DNA of 64,000 nucleotides, taken from Raillietiella orientalis. Taxonomy: Eukaryota. The notes under the pieces were generated by a model. That model worked only from the letters and a program-made list of their open reading frames with translations, searched no databases and was not told where the DNA came from. The stretch is from positions 1,922,001-1,986,000 of the forward strand of contig JAYWIR010000027.1 of assembly GCA_036172245.1 (NCBI GenBank), written 5' to 3'. Numbering within the stretch: the first letter of the stretch is position 1; the number at the start of each line of letters is the position of its first letter. Shown here piece after piece: positions 11,636-25,115 of this stretch. Position numbers and translations under genes: made by a program.

Positions 11636-13674
11636 CTGCAACAGCCAAAAGGGAAAAGGGGGAGTGCGGCAGCAGCAGCAGGCAGCCCGCTCGTCCGGGC
11701 TCAGGGTGAGTCGAGGGGAAAGCTCGGCTCGCGCGCGCGTCCGCTCCCCGTGTCAACGACGAAACGAACGCGGGTATGTTCACGGAGGAGCGGCGCGCAA
11801 AGGGGAGGAATCCTGGCGACAGCGGCAGCAAAAAGGAAGGAAGGAAGGAAAGGAAGAAGAGAAATGAAAAAAAAAAGACCACGAAGAAGAAGAGGAAAAA
11901 AGCGTCGTCCGCGTTCTGCAGGAGACGTCATCTCCACCTTCCCCTCCCTGTCTCTTCCCTCCAAGTGGCGGGGTTGAGTGGCGCGCTGCCTCGTTCTGCG
12001 TGAGGGCAGAAGCGGCGGGGGTGCGTGCCGAAAGAGACGCTCACGCTCGGGTTGCGATGGGGAGCAGCAGAGCCTCCCCATTCTCCCGACAGGGGTTCTC
12101 GTGTTGGAGAACAGAAGAAAAACGGTGGCAAGCGTGCGACCGCAAGCAAAGGATTCGTCGGGGACAGCGCGAGAAGTGTGCACAGAAAGCAAGCGAGGAG
12201 GAGGAGGGAGGGAGCTCGGACATCCGGAGCGCAAAAGGATCTTCCGAAGGGTCCCCAGGTCTCGAACTGCCGGATCTTAGCCTAGCGCCCCACGCTCCCC
12301 CTGGTCTCCGCTTCCCGTTCATCTTGCAGCGCGGCCGGAGCTGCCCTGCTGCGAACCCTCCCGCATGGCCGTGCCTGGCCACTGAGGCCGCCAAGAAAGT
12401 GCTGCGAGGGAGAGGCTCCCTCGCGGACCTTCCGCTTCGGTCCGTCCACGAAGGAGGTGGACGAGCCCGTAGGGCAGCTAGGGAGTTCCGGTTCCCTTTT
12501 TCCCCACCGGGGAAACGGATCCCAGCTACCGCACCGGCGCACGTGCTGCCCGAATTCGCCCGGACCGAAAGGGGAACGAACTCGAAAACCATGCAGATGG
12601 GGGCAAGGACAACAAGACGGTCAGGATTCTACCCGCCCTTCGTTTCCCGAAGATGAAGTGCAACTTTCGAAGGGAAAGAAAAATCTACCACTCCGCACTA
12701 AGAAAACACCTGGCGTTGAGACTTGCTCCATGGAGATGCTACCGGGAGATCGGGAGATGAATTTCGAAAATCCCTCGTCATACGCTGATTTTCGAGTCTT
12801 CTCTCTGGTTGCCGCAACGGAGTGATTACGGGAGGAGGCGGTCTGACGTCTCCTGCGCGTCTGACGACAGGACATAAGGGATGCATACGCTCATCATACG
12901 TGTTACAAGGAGAAAGTTCTTTGCAGCGTTGCTGTGATCAAAAAGGAACAGAAAGGCTGCATTTGCACAGAAACACAGGAAGATAAATGGCAGAGATAGA
13001 GACAACGGATGTTGGATGATGCATTCGCAGAAAGGGGGGACGAGAATCTCTGCCTCTTTAAACAGCTGCTAACGTCGCACGACTCGGAACAAGCTCAAAC
13101 GGACCGGAGGAAAAAGCACACGCAAACGCTCGGATAAAATTACGAACAGATGGCAAAAGTACCAGTTCCACAGCACCCCGCCACGAAAAGATTGGGCAGT
13201 ACTGCTGCTATGCTTTCCGATGCTTTTTGAAAGCGGCCAGAAAACACGTGTAGGGGCAATTAGGCAAGGCACACGTTTCCCATGACAACAGAATTCTTTC
13301 CTGAACCCCAGTCGAAAAGTTGAGCAGAACATTAAAAAGAGAGAGAAAGAAAGAACACAGAGTAGGGCAAACGGGTAGAGTGGATCGACGGAAGCGCATT
13401 ACCATGACCGGCGTCATGCGTACACAACAATGGCAAGTCCACCGAGATCCCGAAATAAACAGTTCGACGTGCACAACAATGCCTGCAGAGATTTGGTTTC
13501 CATGAAAACAAAAAAACACGGAGAAACAAGGTACCACACGAATCTGTGCGACTAAACGATTCCCTTGTTACTGAGTAGTTGTTTCCGGTGTTTTTGCACA
13601 GAGGTGTTTTGCAAAAAGAAAGAAAGACAAAAAAAAAAAAAGCCCCCGTAATTGAATCCAACCGCACGGGAACG

Positions 13675-13872
13675 CTGCACACAAATCGGGGAAATGTACC
13701 TGTGTTTCCTTATTTTATTTTTTTCAGGGAACCTTCGAGAACGAACCGGGAACCTTTCGGAGGTTATTGGGAAGACTCTGAAGTGCTCTGGGTTTCCTGG
13801 CGCGACGGCCGCCTGCACAAACCTTACATGGTATTGAGACCAAAGGACGTCCACGCGACTTTTCGGCGGATC
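13675..13872 (-). CDS. PLEKHG4: Probable upstream coding exon of the puratrophin-1-like gene (DPPKSRVDVLWSQYHVRFVQAAV...FPVRSRRFPEKNKIRKHRYISPICVQ)
   Basis: Protein-like 66-codon open stretch starting right after a tag| acceptor (13874-13873). From recall it resembles the N-terminus of arthropod puratrophin-1-like proteins and would join LHDWL of exon 11635 in phase 0. The donor is ambiguous (see findings) and there is no in-frame ATG. Confidence 0.7.
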
Positions 13873-14765
13873 CTAGCCGGTGATCTGAAGTCGAGCGACG
13901 ACGCAGTTGATAGATCGAGGCACAAAAACATGATTTTTTTTTTTTTTTTAAAAAAAAAAGGCCAAACAAAACGTGGAGAAGGTAACACGGAACAACAAAA
14001 ACAAACAAAACCAGCGACAGAGAAGATTACGCGGGGCCTTCTACACATTTCAGCGGAGCGGCATCCCATTCGCGAGTAAAGGGATCGCACGAGCAGCACA
14101 AAAATAGCAGCAGCACGGGAGAGGACGACGCGTTCGAATTTTGCGGGGATGTGCGACACCGGCGGCGGGTGCATCGCCTGCATTGTGGTCGAGAACGTTG
14201 GGCTCGGGGAGCGAGGAATTCGAAGCACACAGTGTCCCAGGTCAACACGCGAAAACAGGGAAATCCACGAGAGGAGTTCTCTGCTCGCGACACGGTCGTC
14301 GTCGTGCTCAGCACGACTCATATGAGCTTGAAGACAGCGACGACGCCGGGATGACATTCGCGGTACGGAGTACGGCATTCTTTTTTCTTTTTCTTTTTCT
14401 TTTTTTTTTTTTTTGCGTACAGGACACGTCTTTACACCAGTTACACAAAGTCACGGAGACCAATGAAATACCGGGAAAATTTCTTTTCGTTACAAGAGCT
14501 TCATGTTCAATTATCTTGGTTCGTTGTTAAAAGCTCCTAATGGGTCTCCTATCGATTTCGTCGGCAACTCACGCCGTTGCCTGAAGTAGCAGAAAGGCTG
14601 TTGCATGTGAGAGTGAATTAACCTTCTTCGAGACAAACAACGGATTGACGGCGGGATATCTGCTGCGAACGGGGTGAGGGCGTTTGAAAATGCAGGTGGA
14701 GGATGCACGCGTGCGATAAAAGGCGAACTTTCGACTCAGGGATCCCCACAGCACACAAGGAACGA

Positions 14766-14824
14766 ACCACAAACCACCACCACCACCACCACCATCACCA
14801 CAACCACAACAACAACGACTACCA
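14766..14824 (+). repeat. Imperfect (ACC/ACA)n trinucleotide tract
   Basis: accaccaccaccaccacc...acaacaacaacg directly visible; similar tracts at 15046-15100 and 28970-29006. Confidence 0.85.
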
Positions 14825-15329
14825 AAAATGAACCTGGAACGGGTTTCCTCAGGGGCTGCTGCTCTCAAGCCTGTGTGGTTCCCATATGTGCACGCAAGGG
14901 GGCGAAGGCAGAACGAAGCCTCGCTGCAGAAGTTTTCGCTTCGGAGAGCTTTTCGACAAGTTCGCGGGTGCGGGTATTGCAAAAGGAGCCTTCGTTGCTT
15001 TCTCCCTTTCTTTCTTGCGGGAGCGAGACGTGAAAAAGGACCCGAACCACCACCACCATTACCACCACCGGCACCAGCACCACCGCCGCCGCCGCCGCCG
15101 CGATCGCAGCCACACGCTACGGAAGAGAATGTGCTTTTCGGTACGGCGACATCGAGGGAGGCTGACGTGCACAGCACACGGCTCATTCACAAACGCTACT
15201 AACGCGGGCAAGACTTCGTTCTCTCTACGAGGCTTCTAACGACCCTGAGGATGGATACACTGACTACCCCGCAGTGCGTCATGAATGTGCACTTTGATTC
15301 ATAGCCCGGCGAACAGAATACGTAAACAA

Positions 15330-15375
15330 AACACACACACTCACTCACTCACACACACACACGCACGCACGCACA
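15330..15375 (+). repeat. Compound (CA)n/(CACT)n/(CACG)n microsatellite
   Basis: acacacacac tcactcactc acacacacac acgcacgcac gcac. Confidence 0.9.
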
Positions 15376-17399
15376 AAACACAGAGACCGGGAACAAAAGT
15401 TTAAAAAAGCTATTAATTGGGGAGATATTTAATGGAATCTTTGAAATTTATCGTAATTTCCGCTCAGGCAACGCTCAAAGAAATAATTACTTTCGAACGA
15501 AACGAATACGAATAATTCACTTTCGGAAAATTGGAGGGAGGTAAGCAGAGAACAGCAAAAAAAAAAAAAAAAACATGAAACCAAAAAATGCTATCCTTTT
15601 AGAGAGCTACCTCCCTTGCCACCGTACGGAATCAATAAGACTGTAAATCACAAGTGGAAAAATCAGCATGTTAAATCTTTGCAAAGACAAAACCGAAATT
15701 CGCATCCCACGAACACGTGCACTTTAACCGCACGCACGCCGTTTCGCACTAATAGCTTTCGGAAGGTGGGGGAAGGTGGCGGGGGGGGGGGGGGGGTAAA
15801 CTCTTGGAAGCATCTTCCAACAGAATGGGTTTGCCAGGCTCATGAACGCGCATACCCACGGGTCTTTGTACTTTCTCGTTTCTGTTAAAAAGCACACCGA
15901 GAATTTGGGAGATGTTTTCTCGCCCTCTCCGACTCGATATTTCGTGTGCTGCCTCCCTCTCCCATCTCCTCCCAACTTCTTTTCTCTCTCTGCTTCCTTC
16001 CAAAAGTCGAACACGTTCTCCCTACATCGCGACGAAAAACTGCGATTTGGGATCCTGATAGGGAAGCGCTCTGTGCTAACAAAACAGCACGTCGCGATGT
16101 CTGGCTCCGTGCCATCGTGTTCGAGCTGCACGATGAACAAAGACTACACAGACGGATGGCTTCATGCCGGCTTGTCCGGTCGTGTCACCTAAACTGGATC
16201 CGCGGAATCGCGAGGGTCGTCTGCATTGCTCGGATTGTACGCTACACTCATATGGTACGCTCGATCTCCTCAACGAACCGGTGGGGATTGGCCCGGTGAA
16301 CGGGACAAGACGAACCTACGGACAAAAACCATGCCCTGCTGTTGGGAGCAGGGGGACAGGAAGGTCGGTGCGGATCGTAAGAAACCGCGTCGCCAACGGG
16401 ATCTTCTTTCCGTGAACTGTACGCCGGTGGAGACTTCCGATCTGCTTAAGGGGTGGCATCGTCGGTGAGGTGTCGCGTCAACACGCTTGTGAAGCAACAG
16501 GGGCGCATGACTGTTGCGTAGTTTCTCCCCTCAAAACACGCTGTAGGCTAATGCTCGAGCGTGTTAGGGTAAGAGGGCATAAAAATATCCCATTGTTGCA
16601 AAACAATGAGAATCGCACAGCAACAAAAAAAAAAGGTGACAACAATCGAAAGTCGCAAGCTGAACCCATCCGCCGCAGGAAACGCAAAGTATGCAGACGG
16701 ATTGCGGTCCAGTGACAGAAGCACTCCTTGCGTGTCTCCTGAAGAGTTCGAGCCCCAACACCGAAGAAAAAAAAAAAAAAAAACAGCGCACCGCTCGTTG
16801 CTTTCGAGCACCGACTTCAGCTACGGACTTCCTTCGAAACGAGGATGAGTAAAACCTGTTTTCATGAAAACGCATGGTTCCCGTGCCTGCCGCTTGGTGT
16901 ACCGATGGCTGTCGTCAAAGCGTGCCTCTCGAGTGTACCTCGAGCGAAAACTCCGCTACGTGATTCCCAACCTGCCGTTATCAGGGAGTTCCCGCTGTTA
17001 TCAAGTTGTTTCTGAAGCACACTTTTGAAAACGCGCTACGCCTAAGATAATCCGACCTTCTGCTTCCGAGCTTGGGATTTTATCTTCCAAGCAGCTACTC
17101 GAACCTGCACGGGATCCTGCAGCAGTGAGTTCGGACTGTATCCCAGGTGGCTCATTCGGGTTCCCTCACATTCTTGCGGAATGTGGGCCTGGTGAGCGAA
17201 AAAATTCTTGCGCTAAAGAAACGACCAGTTCCACCTAATCACTGCATGCTTAAAATAATTAGCAGTACCAGAACTTGGGTTCGAAATTCCACCGCGTTTT
17301 TTTTTTTTTTTTTTTGGCAACATCCGATTTCATGAAGCGGTCGTGCCATTCCATCAGCGAAGATGCTCTTCCTTATCTTGCACGTTTTGGCCACGTAGA

Positions 17400-19000
17400 A
17401 ATCGCTCGTTAATTCGATACAACCCACGGGGAGGATCATTCGCAGCGTTCTCATGCGTCTCGCAGGTCTCGACTACCCTCTTAAAGGAGAAGAGCATTTG
17501 TTCTGGCTGGATTCATTAGGAATTGTATCCATCTGTCGACGAAAAGAAATCTTTCAGTGGAGGTTTCGGTTGTCTAGAAAATCGCTGATTACTGCTACGG
17601 AGATCCAGAGCCAGGCACTGCATTCTTATTTGGATGAGTTCAGTGCTTCGGCTGCTCTGTGACTCAAGCGTTCACACGTCTCCTCTCGTTTCATAACATC
17701 AGGTTGTTGGAATAGTGCAAGAGCGAGAGAGCAATCGATCGCCCATAGAAACAAAGGGTCAGCTGTACACTCTGCAGCTCACGCGTATGCTCTGACAATG
17801 CAGGCGCTGTCACACGATAAGGATGGAATAAAGACCTCAGAAGAGAACCTTAGCATCGCCGGACATAAAGTGAGGATGAACACAGGTTCGCTATCCCCAA
17901 ACTGTCGAAAATCTGGCGCAGAAGGCCACGGCATCTCTTGGCAGCAGACCAACTGGCATTTATAACAAGTGAAAGAGTTGAAAAGGAACGCCTCTGAAGA
18001 GATTCAGAATTAAAGACAGCACAAGGACTGTCAACAGTAATGCTGTTGATAAAAGTCTTTCACTCCTAATGGCTTGAAACAACAGTCAATGTTCGTTCGA
18101 TCTGTCACATCAGGCGAGAGGCAATCGGCAATGGATTCAAAAAGCGACTCTGGATAGGAGGTCCCATGCAGTTTCGGAAATCGCAAAGGTCAGACGCATG
18201 AAGAGCCAACGAATAAGAGATCTACACAACCGATCGACGACCAACTGAATCAGACGGATCCAGTATGACTAATCAAAATGGTGAACAATTAGATGCACTC
18301 AAAGAGATTGCACAGCAGCAGAAGTACAGCTTCAGTGTTTGGGTAAAGAAAACCGAAACCATCCCCCCCCTCCCCCAAAGCTACTCGACACAAATTTTCT
18401 CGTTTTTGTTGAGAGAGAGAGAAAGAAACTAGCAACAAATATCGTAGGCAAGAATATGCTGATAATGACTGCAATGTGACAGCACGTCTAGGAACCCTCC
18501 AGGGACCGAGAACGATCTAATTCACTGAAAATTAACAGTTTTCCAAGGATTCGGTTAGAAATGCATAACGGCATTTTCATATCAGCCCCATGTTTTGGTT
18601 CTGCTCCATGACAAAAGCAGCTGTGGCGCAGGAGAAAAGCCGTTCCACAAACTTATCGCAAGGAGGAGCCATTTCATTAGGACAAAACACTTCTTTTAAA
18701 TATTCGAATTGGAGCGGCACTTCACTGTGATGAGCTCTAGAGTGATGCTTCTCGACAGCGAAGGTTGAAATTGAAAGGCCTTGGTGAAATCAAGAGACGA
18801 TAAAATTGTAGTAGAGTCATCGACAGAGGGCACTCGCACCTTATAACAATTCAGACAAGATGTCCTTGAGGGCATTCTTGAGCTGGCGACGGTCACTTGA
18901 AAGAAATACAAGAGATCGACGCTCAATGCTTGTTTTAAGAAAGAGACGTTCTCAGCTGTCACGGCTGTTAACTGCATCTTGGGACTGTCGCGTTTGATCG
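17400..19000 (+). mobile_element. Degenerate LINE 5' part (ORF1 with relic zinc knuckle, possible endonuclease start), lower GC than flanks
   Basis: + strand VVGIVQERESNRSPIETKGQLYTLQL and LSIAGHKVRMNTGSLSPNCRKSGAEGHGISW (decayed CX2CX4HX4C) at ~17700-17950; QPHVLVLLH and LLDSEG*N*KALV (cf. D.EGR) further on; many stops. Confidence 0.45.
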
Positions 19001-22000
19001 GATCGCGACCTCTAAGAAGTAACTGACGCCGCGGGTTCACGAAACGAAGTGACTCGTCTGCGCATGCAGAAGATCTGCATCAGTGGCAACGACGAAAGCC
19101 GAAAGGTAAACTAAATCGCCCGAAACTGCAAGGCAGAAGAGAAACACACCGTGTAGGACATACACACCTATGCGCACAAAAAAAACGAATCCACTGATGG
19201 AATGCAGACCGACAAACGTAGGAACCGCAACACACGGGTCTTTCTTGAGCGGATTAAATCACTTCAAGTCACGAGGGATATCGGAATTCCAGAGCGGCTC
19301 GAATGAAGCGAAAGGGAACGAAATGCTGAGTTTCGTTAGGAGCGACGGGAACTGAGAATCGAGACGGACATCGGGTACTGGAAAAAAGACACCGGCTCGC
19401 AGCTCCCGAGGACGCGATGCTCATCAAGAGACGCAAAATGGCTTTGAAATTTGCTCTTTGCTTTCGCTGCCGTTTTGGCGGCGGTCCATCTGACAATGGG
19501 CGGTTTCGGATTCTTATTAGCGTGGCGATCATGTTGGCAGCTGTCGCGACTCCGGGCGCACCCGCGTTTCCAGTTAGCAAGGCCAGCGACGGGGCGACCC
19601 GTCAGTTAGCTCGCAGGTCCTGTGCTGTGTCTCCTCCCCCCACTGCGATGCTTCCCTTCCCTCCAGCTTCCCTGGCAAAAAAAAAAAAACCCTGCTTGAC
19701 CGGAACGGAAAGGCCGATTTTTGATGCTCCTGAAGTTTAGGTGCGCAGCGACGCCGAACCACTTCACCATTCCGTCGCTCAACTCAGCACACGGCGGAGC
19801 CCACGCGTTGTCCGCACTCCACCTAAAGGTACGCGTACGGGGTGCAGCCCGCCCTCCTACTCGATGGTCCTGCTGGAAGTCTGGACTCACATGCTACGCA
19901 CCCAGACGTCTGAAACGGTGCAGCCTCCTCCAAGAATTAATCATGCACACTCAGGCTCAGACACACGAAGTGACAACCCACTTAATGGTTGCTAGACCAT
20001 TCCTCTTCTTATAGCAAGAGCCGTCATCACGCGCTGTCATCGATTTTCCGTCTTGTCTTTCCTTACCGCAGCCACTGCCTCTGAATCGCCGTACAGCGGC
20101 GCACAGTGCGTCTTTCGCTGCATTCGGAAAGTCCACCATTTCTCAAAGGAAAAGTAGGCGTAAAAGATGGCGCCATAAATCCTTGGGCGACCTTGCATCT
20201 GTTGTCAAAGAATGATCCCTGACCGTGGACACGGAAGCATGGGAGGCGCACAGACCAACCCATTCGCAGCGACGCAAGTCTTCAGGGGCACAACGATGGT
20301 AGGCGGTGAAAAATAAAGTAAAATATATAATAAAATGGAGGGTGAAACCGGCTGCCAGTGTGGGAAGGGAAACCTTCGAGCAGGAAGGCTGGCTGTCTCG
20401 GAAGAATTCCGGATTGCAGCGGAAGGAGGAAAAAGAACAAGAAAAAAAAGGTGGGTAGGCGGGTGACCGCTCCGAAAACCTCCAATGTTAAGCGTGACAT
20501 AGCTAATCGCTGATAGTGCAGGTGCCGGAAGAGACGGAGAGGAACTCTTTCCTGCAAAAAAACGTTAGGCACTGTCCCGAAGAAATAGAGGACTCCAGTA
20601 GTCAGAAGCCCTGGGGATTTTTTCTCTCCCCCCTTCCTCCTTCTTCCGCGGCATCTCTCTCCTCTCCGGCAATACCTTGAGGGCGCAGAGAAGTGTGCCC
20701 GCAACGGAGTCCGCCACGACGATGACGGCCGTTTCACGATGACGCATTACGACCTCTCCGCGGTGCTACCCATCCCAGTTGTCACGTTGCCACAGGTGGC
20801 GGCCGATAAACACCCACGGGCAAACACAAGTTTCCGAAAGAGAGGAAAGCGTCCGGAAAAGCGAGCTCCTCCCAAGTACCAATTACGGATTCCTGACTTT
20901 CTCGAGCTGCAACCCTGCAGGAAGTTCGGGACGGTCCACCGATCTACGCTAGGCTCTGGGAACGAAATCGGCACGTCAGCACGCTGCGAAGCTTCACAAT
21001 GGGTGCATGACGAGGCCCTGAAAGAATTCCTCCTTGATTCCCAAGCCTGAGACGGTACATCCCGATGCAGAAAAAAAAAAAAAAATCTCCCTTCTGAAAA
21101 AAGGATTTCCTTGCCTAGAAGCGGGAGAGCAAAGGAAACGGCGTGCGTGCGTTGCAGCAAGAAGCAACCGCGCGACGAGCTTCGGACGGATCCGACAGTT
21201 CGCGTCTTTTGAATCCGGAAGCGAGGAGTTGGAGGCTTCCGGTAGGCAGGACGAGGTCTCTGGAGGGAAGCACATGGAACGAAGCGCCTGCAGCCCGAGG
21301 TGCACGGTCGAAAGGGAAGGAGGAAGTCAGACGCCAATCAAAAGCTGCATTTCGAACGTGGACGGACACGGGCGAAGGAAAAAATGGAAACCTTGCTGGT
21401 GCCGGAAACCAGAAGAGATGCACTTTGGGGCAGAACACTTTTTTCAATAAGAATTTCTTTCTTTCTTTTTTTTGCTTCCGGCTGTCGTATGAAACGAGTG
21501 AGCGCATGAAACCGCAACAGATGGCCCCCAAATATCGAAAGAGAGAGAGGGAGATGAAGACATTCCGGCAGCGCAACAAAAATAAAATCTTTTGCTAGAA
21601 TGCCGGCTGGTGCTTCGCCTACCGGAGGCCTATCCCGCAGGATCCAGGAAATGCCTGAAGTGCGGACTCCGGAGCAACCTTTTGCGAAACATCCCGGCAC
21701 CGCATCCCCCGCCTGGCGTGCCCTTCACACGCGCACAAGAACGGAGAGCACTTCGTTTACACGACGCAGTAGGGACACATGCACGTGGCGCGCCAATAGG
21801 CGGATCCGCGCGGACCTCCCGGGATCCGCTTGGGCCAGGAGACTCCTAGCAGAGCCCTGCCCACTCGCCCCAAGTAGGCGGTCGCGGCGTGCGTTGAGGC
21901 ACGGCCAATTTTTCGATTCGTCGGCTTTCCCTTCTGCAAGCGGAAGATGAGCACGAGAGAAGCGCATCAGAGCTGACTAACGGCCGCAACAAGAACGGGT

Positions 22001-25000
22001 ACTGCAATGGAGCACGCTCGTTTCGCGAAGACGAAAAGAGATCACGTCGGCAGAATGCGACGGTACCGGTCCGTTGCGCGGCAACGGGCAGCACGGAAGA
22101 GAGGCCCCACCACGCAACGAACGCGCAGCGAAGGCGGGAAATCCTGTGCGTCTGAAGAGATCCGGTTCACAGGGCGGGTGAGCGACGGAAGCACGGAAAA
22201 CATTCCAAAGCACACGTGTTCCCAGGGACACCGCAGGAAGGAAAGCGTAAGAAAGACGCACGCAGCGGAAGGAAACGAGTCTTTCCGTTTTGGGAGCGCG
22301 CGCTCTTTTTTGAGCTTTTTAGCGGCTCTGCTCCGACTCCCGATTCCCTGAGCATCGGATTCAGGAGGGAGGACAGCAGCTCCGCCTGGTCAGAGTGCCT
22401 AGCATCCGGCGCTTCCCGGCGTGCCACAAACCCGCCGGCGCCATCATCGGGCTTCGTGTCTTGCGACCGCCGAGGAGTCGATTCACCGGTGGCGGCGCTC
22501 CTCTTCTTGTGCCGCCGGATGGCGCGAAGCTGCGCCCGGGCAACTCGCGGGAGGCTACCGACCGACTTGCGTTTCGCCAGCAACCGCCGACCTGCGGAGG
22601 GTCTGGGCATACCCCGGTCGGAGGAACTCTGCATTTCGCATTTCCTGCGTTGGCTGCGCCGCGGGAGCACGCCCAGATCGACACGCTCCCAGGCGTGCGC
22701 GTGGCCGCGCGCGTTTCCAGAGTAACACTCCAGTGCAAAAGGGAACCCGTACTGCGGAATTCGAAAAATTTCCACGCGACGGAACTGCCGAACCACATCT
22801 GGCGGTTGCCTAGACGACGACCACGCGCCAGTCGCAAAATGCTCAAAGTGACGTTTCGGATCGGAGTCGCACTCGGAACTGTAAATCACACGCGTAGCTA
22901 TGCGTGTTCTTTTTCCCCTCTCTCTTCCTCGCCTTTTCTTGGCACACGGGTGTGCCACCTCGATGCCCGAGCTTGCACGCTCTGCCCGCATAACGAGTGC
23001 TGTAGCGGGGTATCCCATCGGGTTCAGGAAAAAAGGCACATCCTCAGCACTTTCATCTTGCGGCCGCTCTCTCGAGACTCACATAAAGAACTCACAAACG
23101 GGCTCTCTTCCTCTAGATGTGCTGACTGGAACTCTGCACACACAAAGTGACCAGCGCTCCAATCAGAATGGCTGACTAAATGCATATGGACGTGAACATG
23201 ACCTCTGTACGTTTATGGATTCTACAAGTGTAGGAAACATGCCGCAATTTCCCAGGATCTACAAGTGTGGCTCTACGACGAGGTCCGTCCCTAGCCGCGT
23301 GACAAGGAGTGCTCGAAATTCTTCAAAGCACCAACTCTTTCGCGCAGTCAGTTTCTATCCGGAGGATCGTTGCTGCGACGCAGAAAGTGCGGGCGAGAGC
23401 CGCGCCAAGCCCTTTCCGCGTCTGCCACCACCACCACCACCACCCGAGACCCCGGGCTCGACGGAAGGGAGCGCCGATCCCTGCTCACAGAGCCCCGTAT
23501 TCGCACCAGCATGCTGTCGTGGAAATTGGGAGCTCAAAGAGCGGCCGATGTCGGGAGGAACACCTTCCCAAAGCAAACGGTATGGGACAGGGAGGCCACG
23601 CGTGTTCCGGGTTACCCTCCCTGCCTCCCTGGCTGTGCGAGGAGAGGGGAACGACAAGGAACCCGTCACATGATTTTCGAAAGGACGGATTTCGATCCCA
23701 GCACATTTCGTCTCGTTGGCAACCAAGAATCCCAGCCGGCCGCGGAAAGCCACAGCGACGACCGCGGGAACCATCTTGCGGGAATGCCGCCGCACGCTGC
23801 TGCTGCAAGATCTTTTTCCTTCTTTGCTGCCAAACGCATGCCTGGAAGTCCGCAAAACGAGTAGTGAAAAAAGCGTGGGAGCGGAGCCCCAAAGCTGGTG
23901 GTCAACTCGCCCTTGAGACGGGAGCGTTCTTTCCGCGAAGCAAGCAAGAGCTGAGGAGCACTTACCTTTTTATGGAACGGATGAATAGCATGGAGGAACT
24001 TGCTCAGTGGCGATAGGAATTTCTGTTCGAACACGAATAAATTCCCATGGTATTGGCACACCAAAACATCTCTGGCTTCTCGGATCAAGGCGGCTTTTGC
24101 CTTCTCAAAGCAAACAAAACAATCCGACAAGTACACTTCCAGAAGGTTCTCCAGGCGAGGGGCTATCGGCTCGCATCCAGAGTTCTACAAATTCATTTGG
24201 GAGAATCGATTAGAAACTGCGACATTCGTTTTCGGCATTCGTTTTCAGCTTTCATCTAATGACACTGGTGCGATGCGTTTTCACATACACACACATACAT
24301 ACATACACATGGAGCAGTTCTCGCGCTAAAACGGATCGATCAATCCGAAGTTTTCAACGGAACTGCATCTTTTTCTTCTTCCTCCTCATAATTTCGCACG
24401 AGAAAATTCGCGTCTCTTCGACCTCATCGGCGGTCCGCAACCATATGAAATTAGCATTCGATACGGGCTTCGGAGAAGTTGCACGGGGAAAAAGCCAGCA
24501 AGGAACCATGGCAACCACGCGGTTCAACACGGAGCTGCTCCAGCGTCCCTCGCAACTGGAAATCCCACCTGCAAACTGCACGTCCACCACTCACTAGTGT
24601 GGAAACACCAGGATCACTCCTTACGACTCTTTACATCCGCCGTGTTCTGGCGCGGTCACCCGCGTGACGGAGATCCGTCTGGAAATCACCGCGGAGATCG
24701 AGTCGAAGGGATCAGAGTGATCAGTCAAATCAATCGTCACTACAAGTTTCCCAGGCTACCTGCCCGCTCGCACGGGACCCGACATGGATTCCATGAGCTT
24801 GCAAGCGAACAATGCGCGGCTCATCTTCGTCCCGCTTCCTGGAGACCCTAGCGACCGCACCATTGAGGATGCCTCAAGGTGTGCGTGTACACCGGGACCC
24901 GAACTCTGCATCATCAAATCACCGAACACACGACGGCACCCGAGGAAAGGGGGGGTCAAGCGAACTTCGGCGAGGGAACGACCTCAGAAGTTTCGAGAAA

Positions 25001-25060
25001 ACAAGAATCACCTCGTGCGGATGAACCGGTTGCCATGAGTTCGAATCCATTGTTTGGGAA

Positions 25061-25115
25061 CTATAAATAACCGCTTCATGGGTTTTCGGAGCAGCAGAGC
25101 CTATAAATAGCCGCT
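25061..25115. promoter_or_regulatory. Pair of MEF2-consensus/TATA-like boxes CTATAAATAR-CCGCT, 40 bp apart
   Basis: CTATAAATAACCGCT at 25061-25075 and CTATAAATAGCCGCT at 25101-25115; both fit YTA(W)4TAR. Confidence 0.35.

Noticed and set aside
12690..12860. Possible internal exon flanked by AG/GT
   Set aside because: Translations show no family similarity and the codon usage is unlike the real exons.
14569..15265. ORF 14569..15186 and a TCAGT Inr-like motif near 15260 as the first RhoGEF exon/promoter
   Set aside because: The donor at 14833 is phase 2, incompatible with the phase-0 acceptor at 13872; the peptide is low-complexity and the motif too short to support.
20750..23150. Isolated TE-like peptides (SCTHCEAS..TVPNFLQGC on -, QQPPTCGGSGH on +)
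   Set aside because: Single motifs without ordered neighbors; insufficient for a call.
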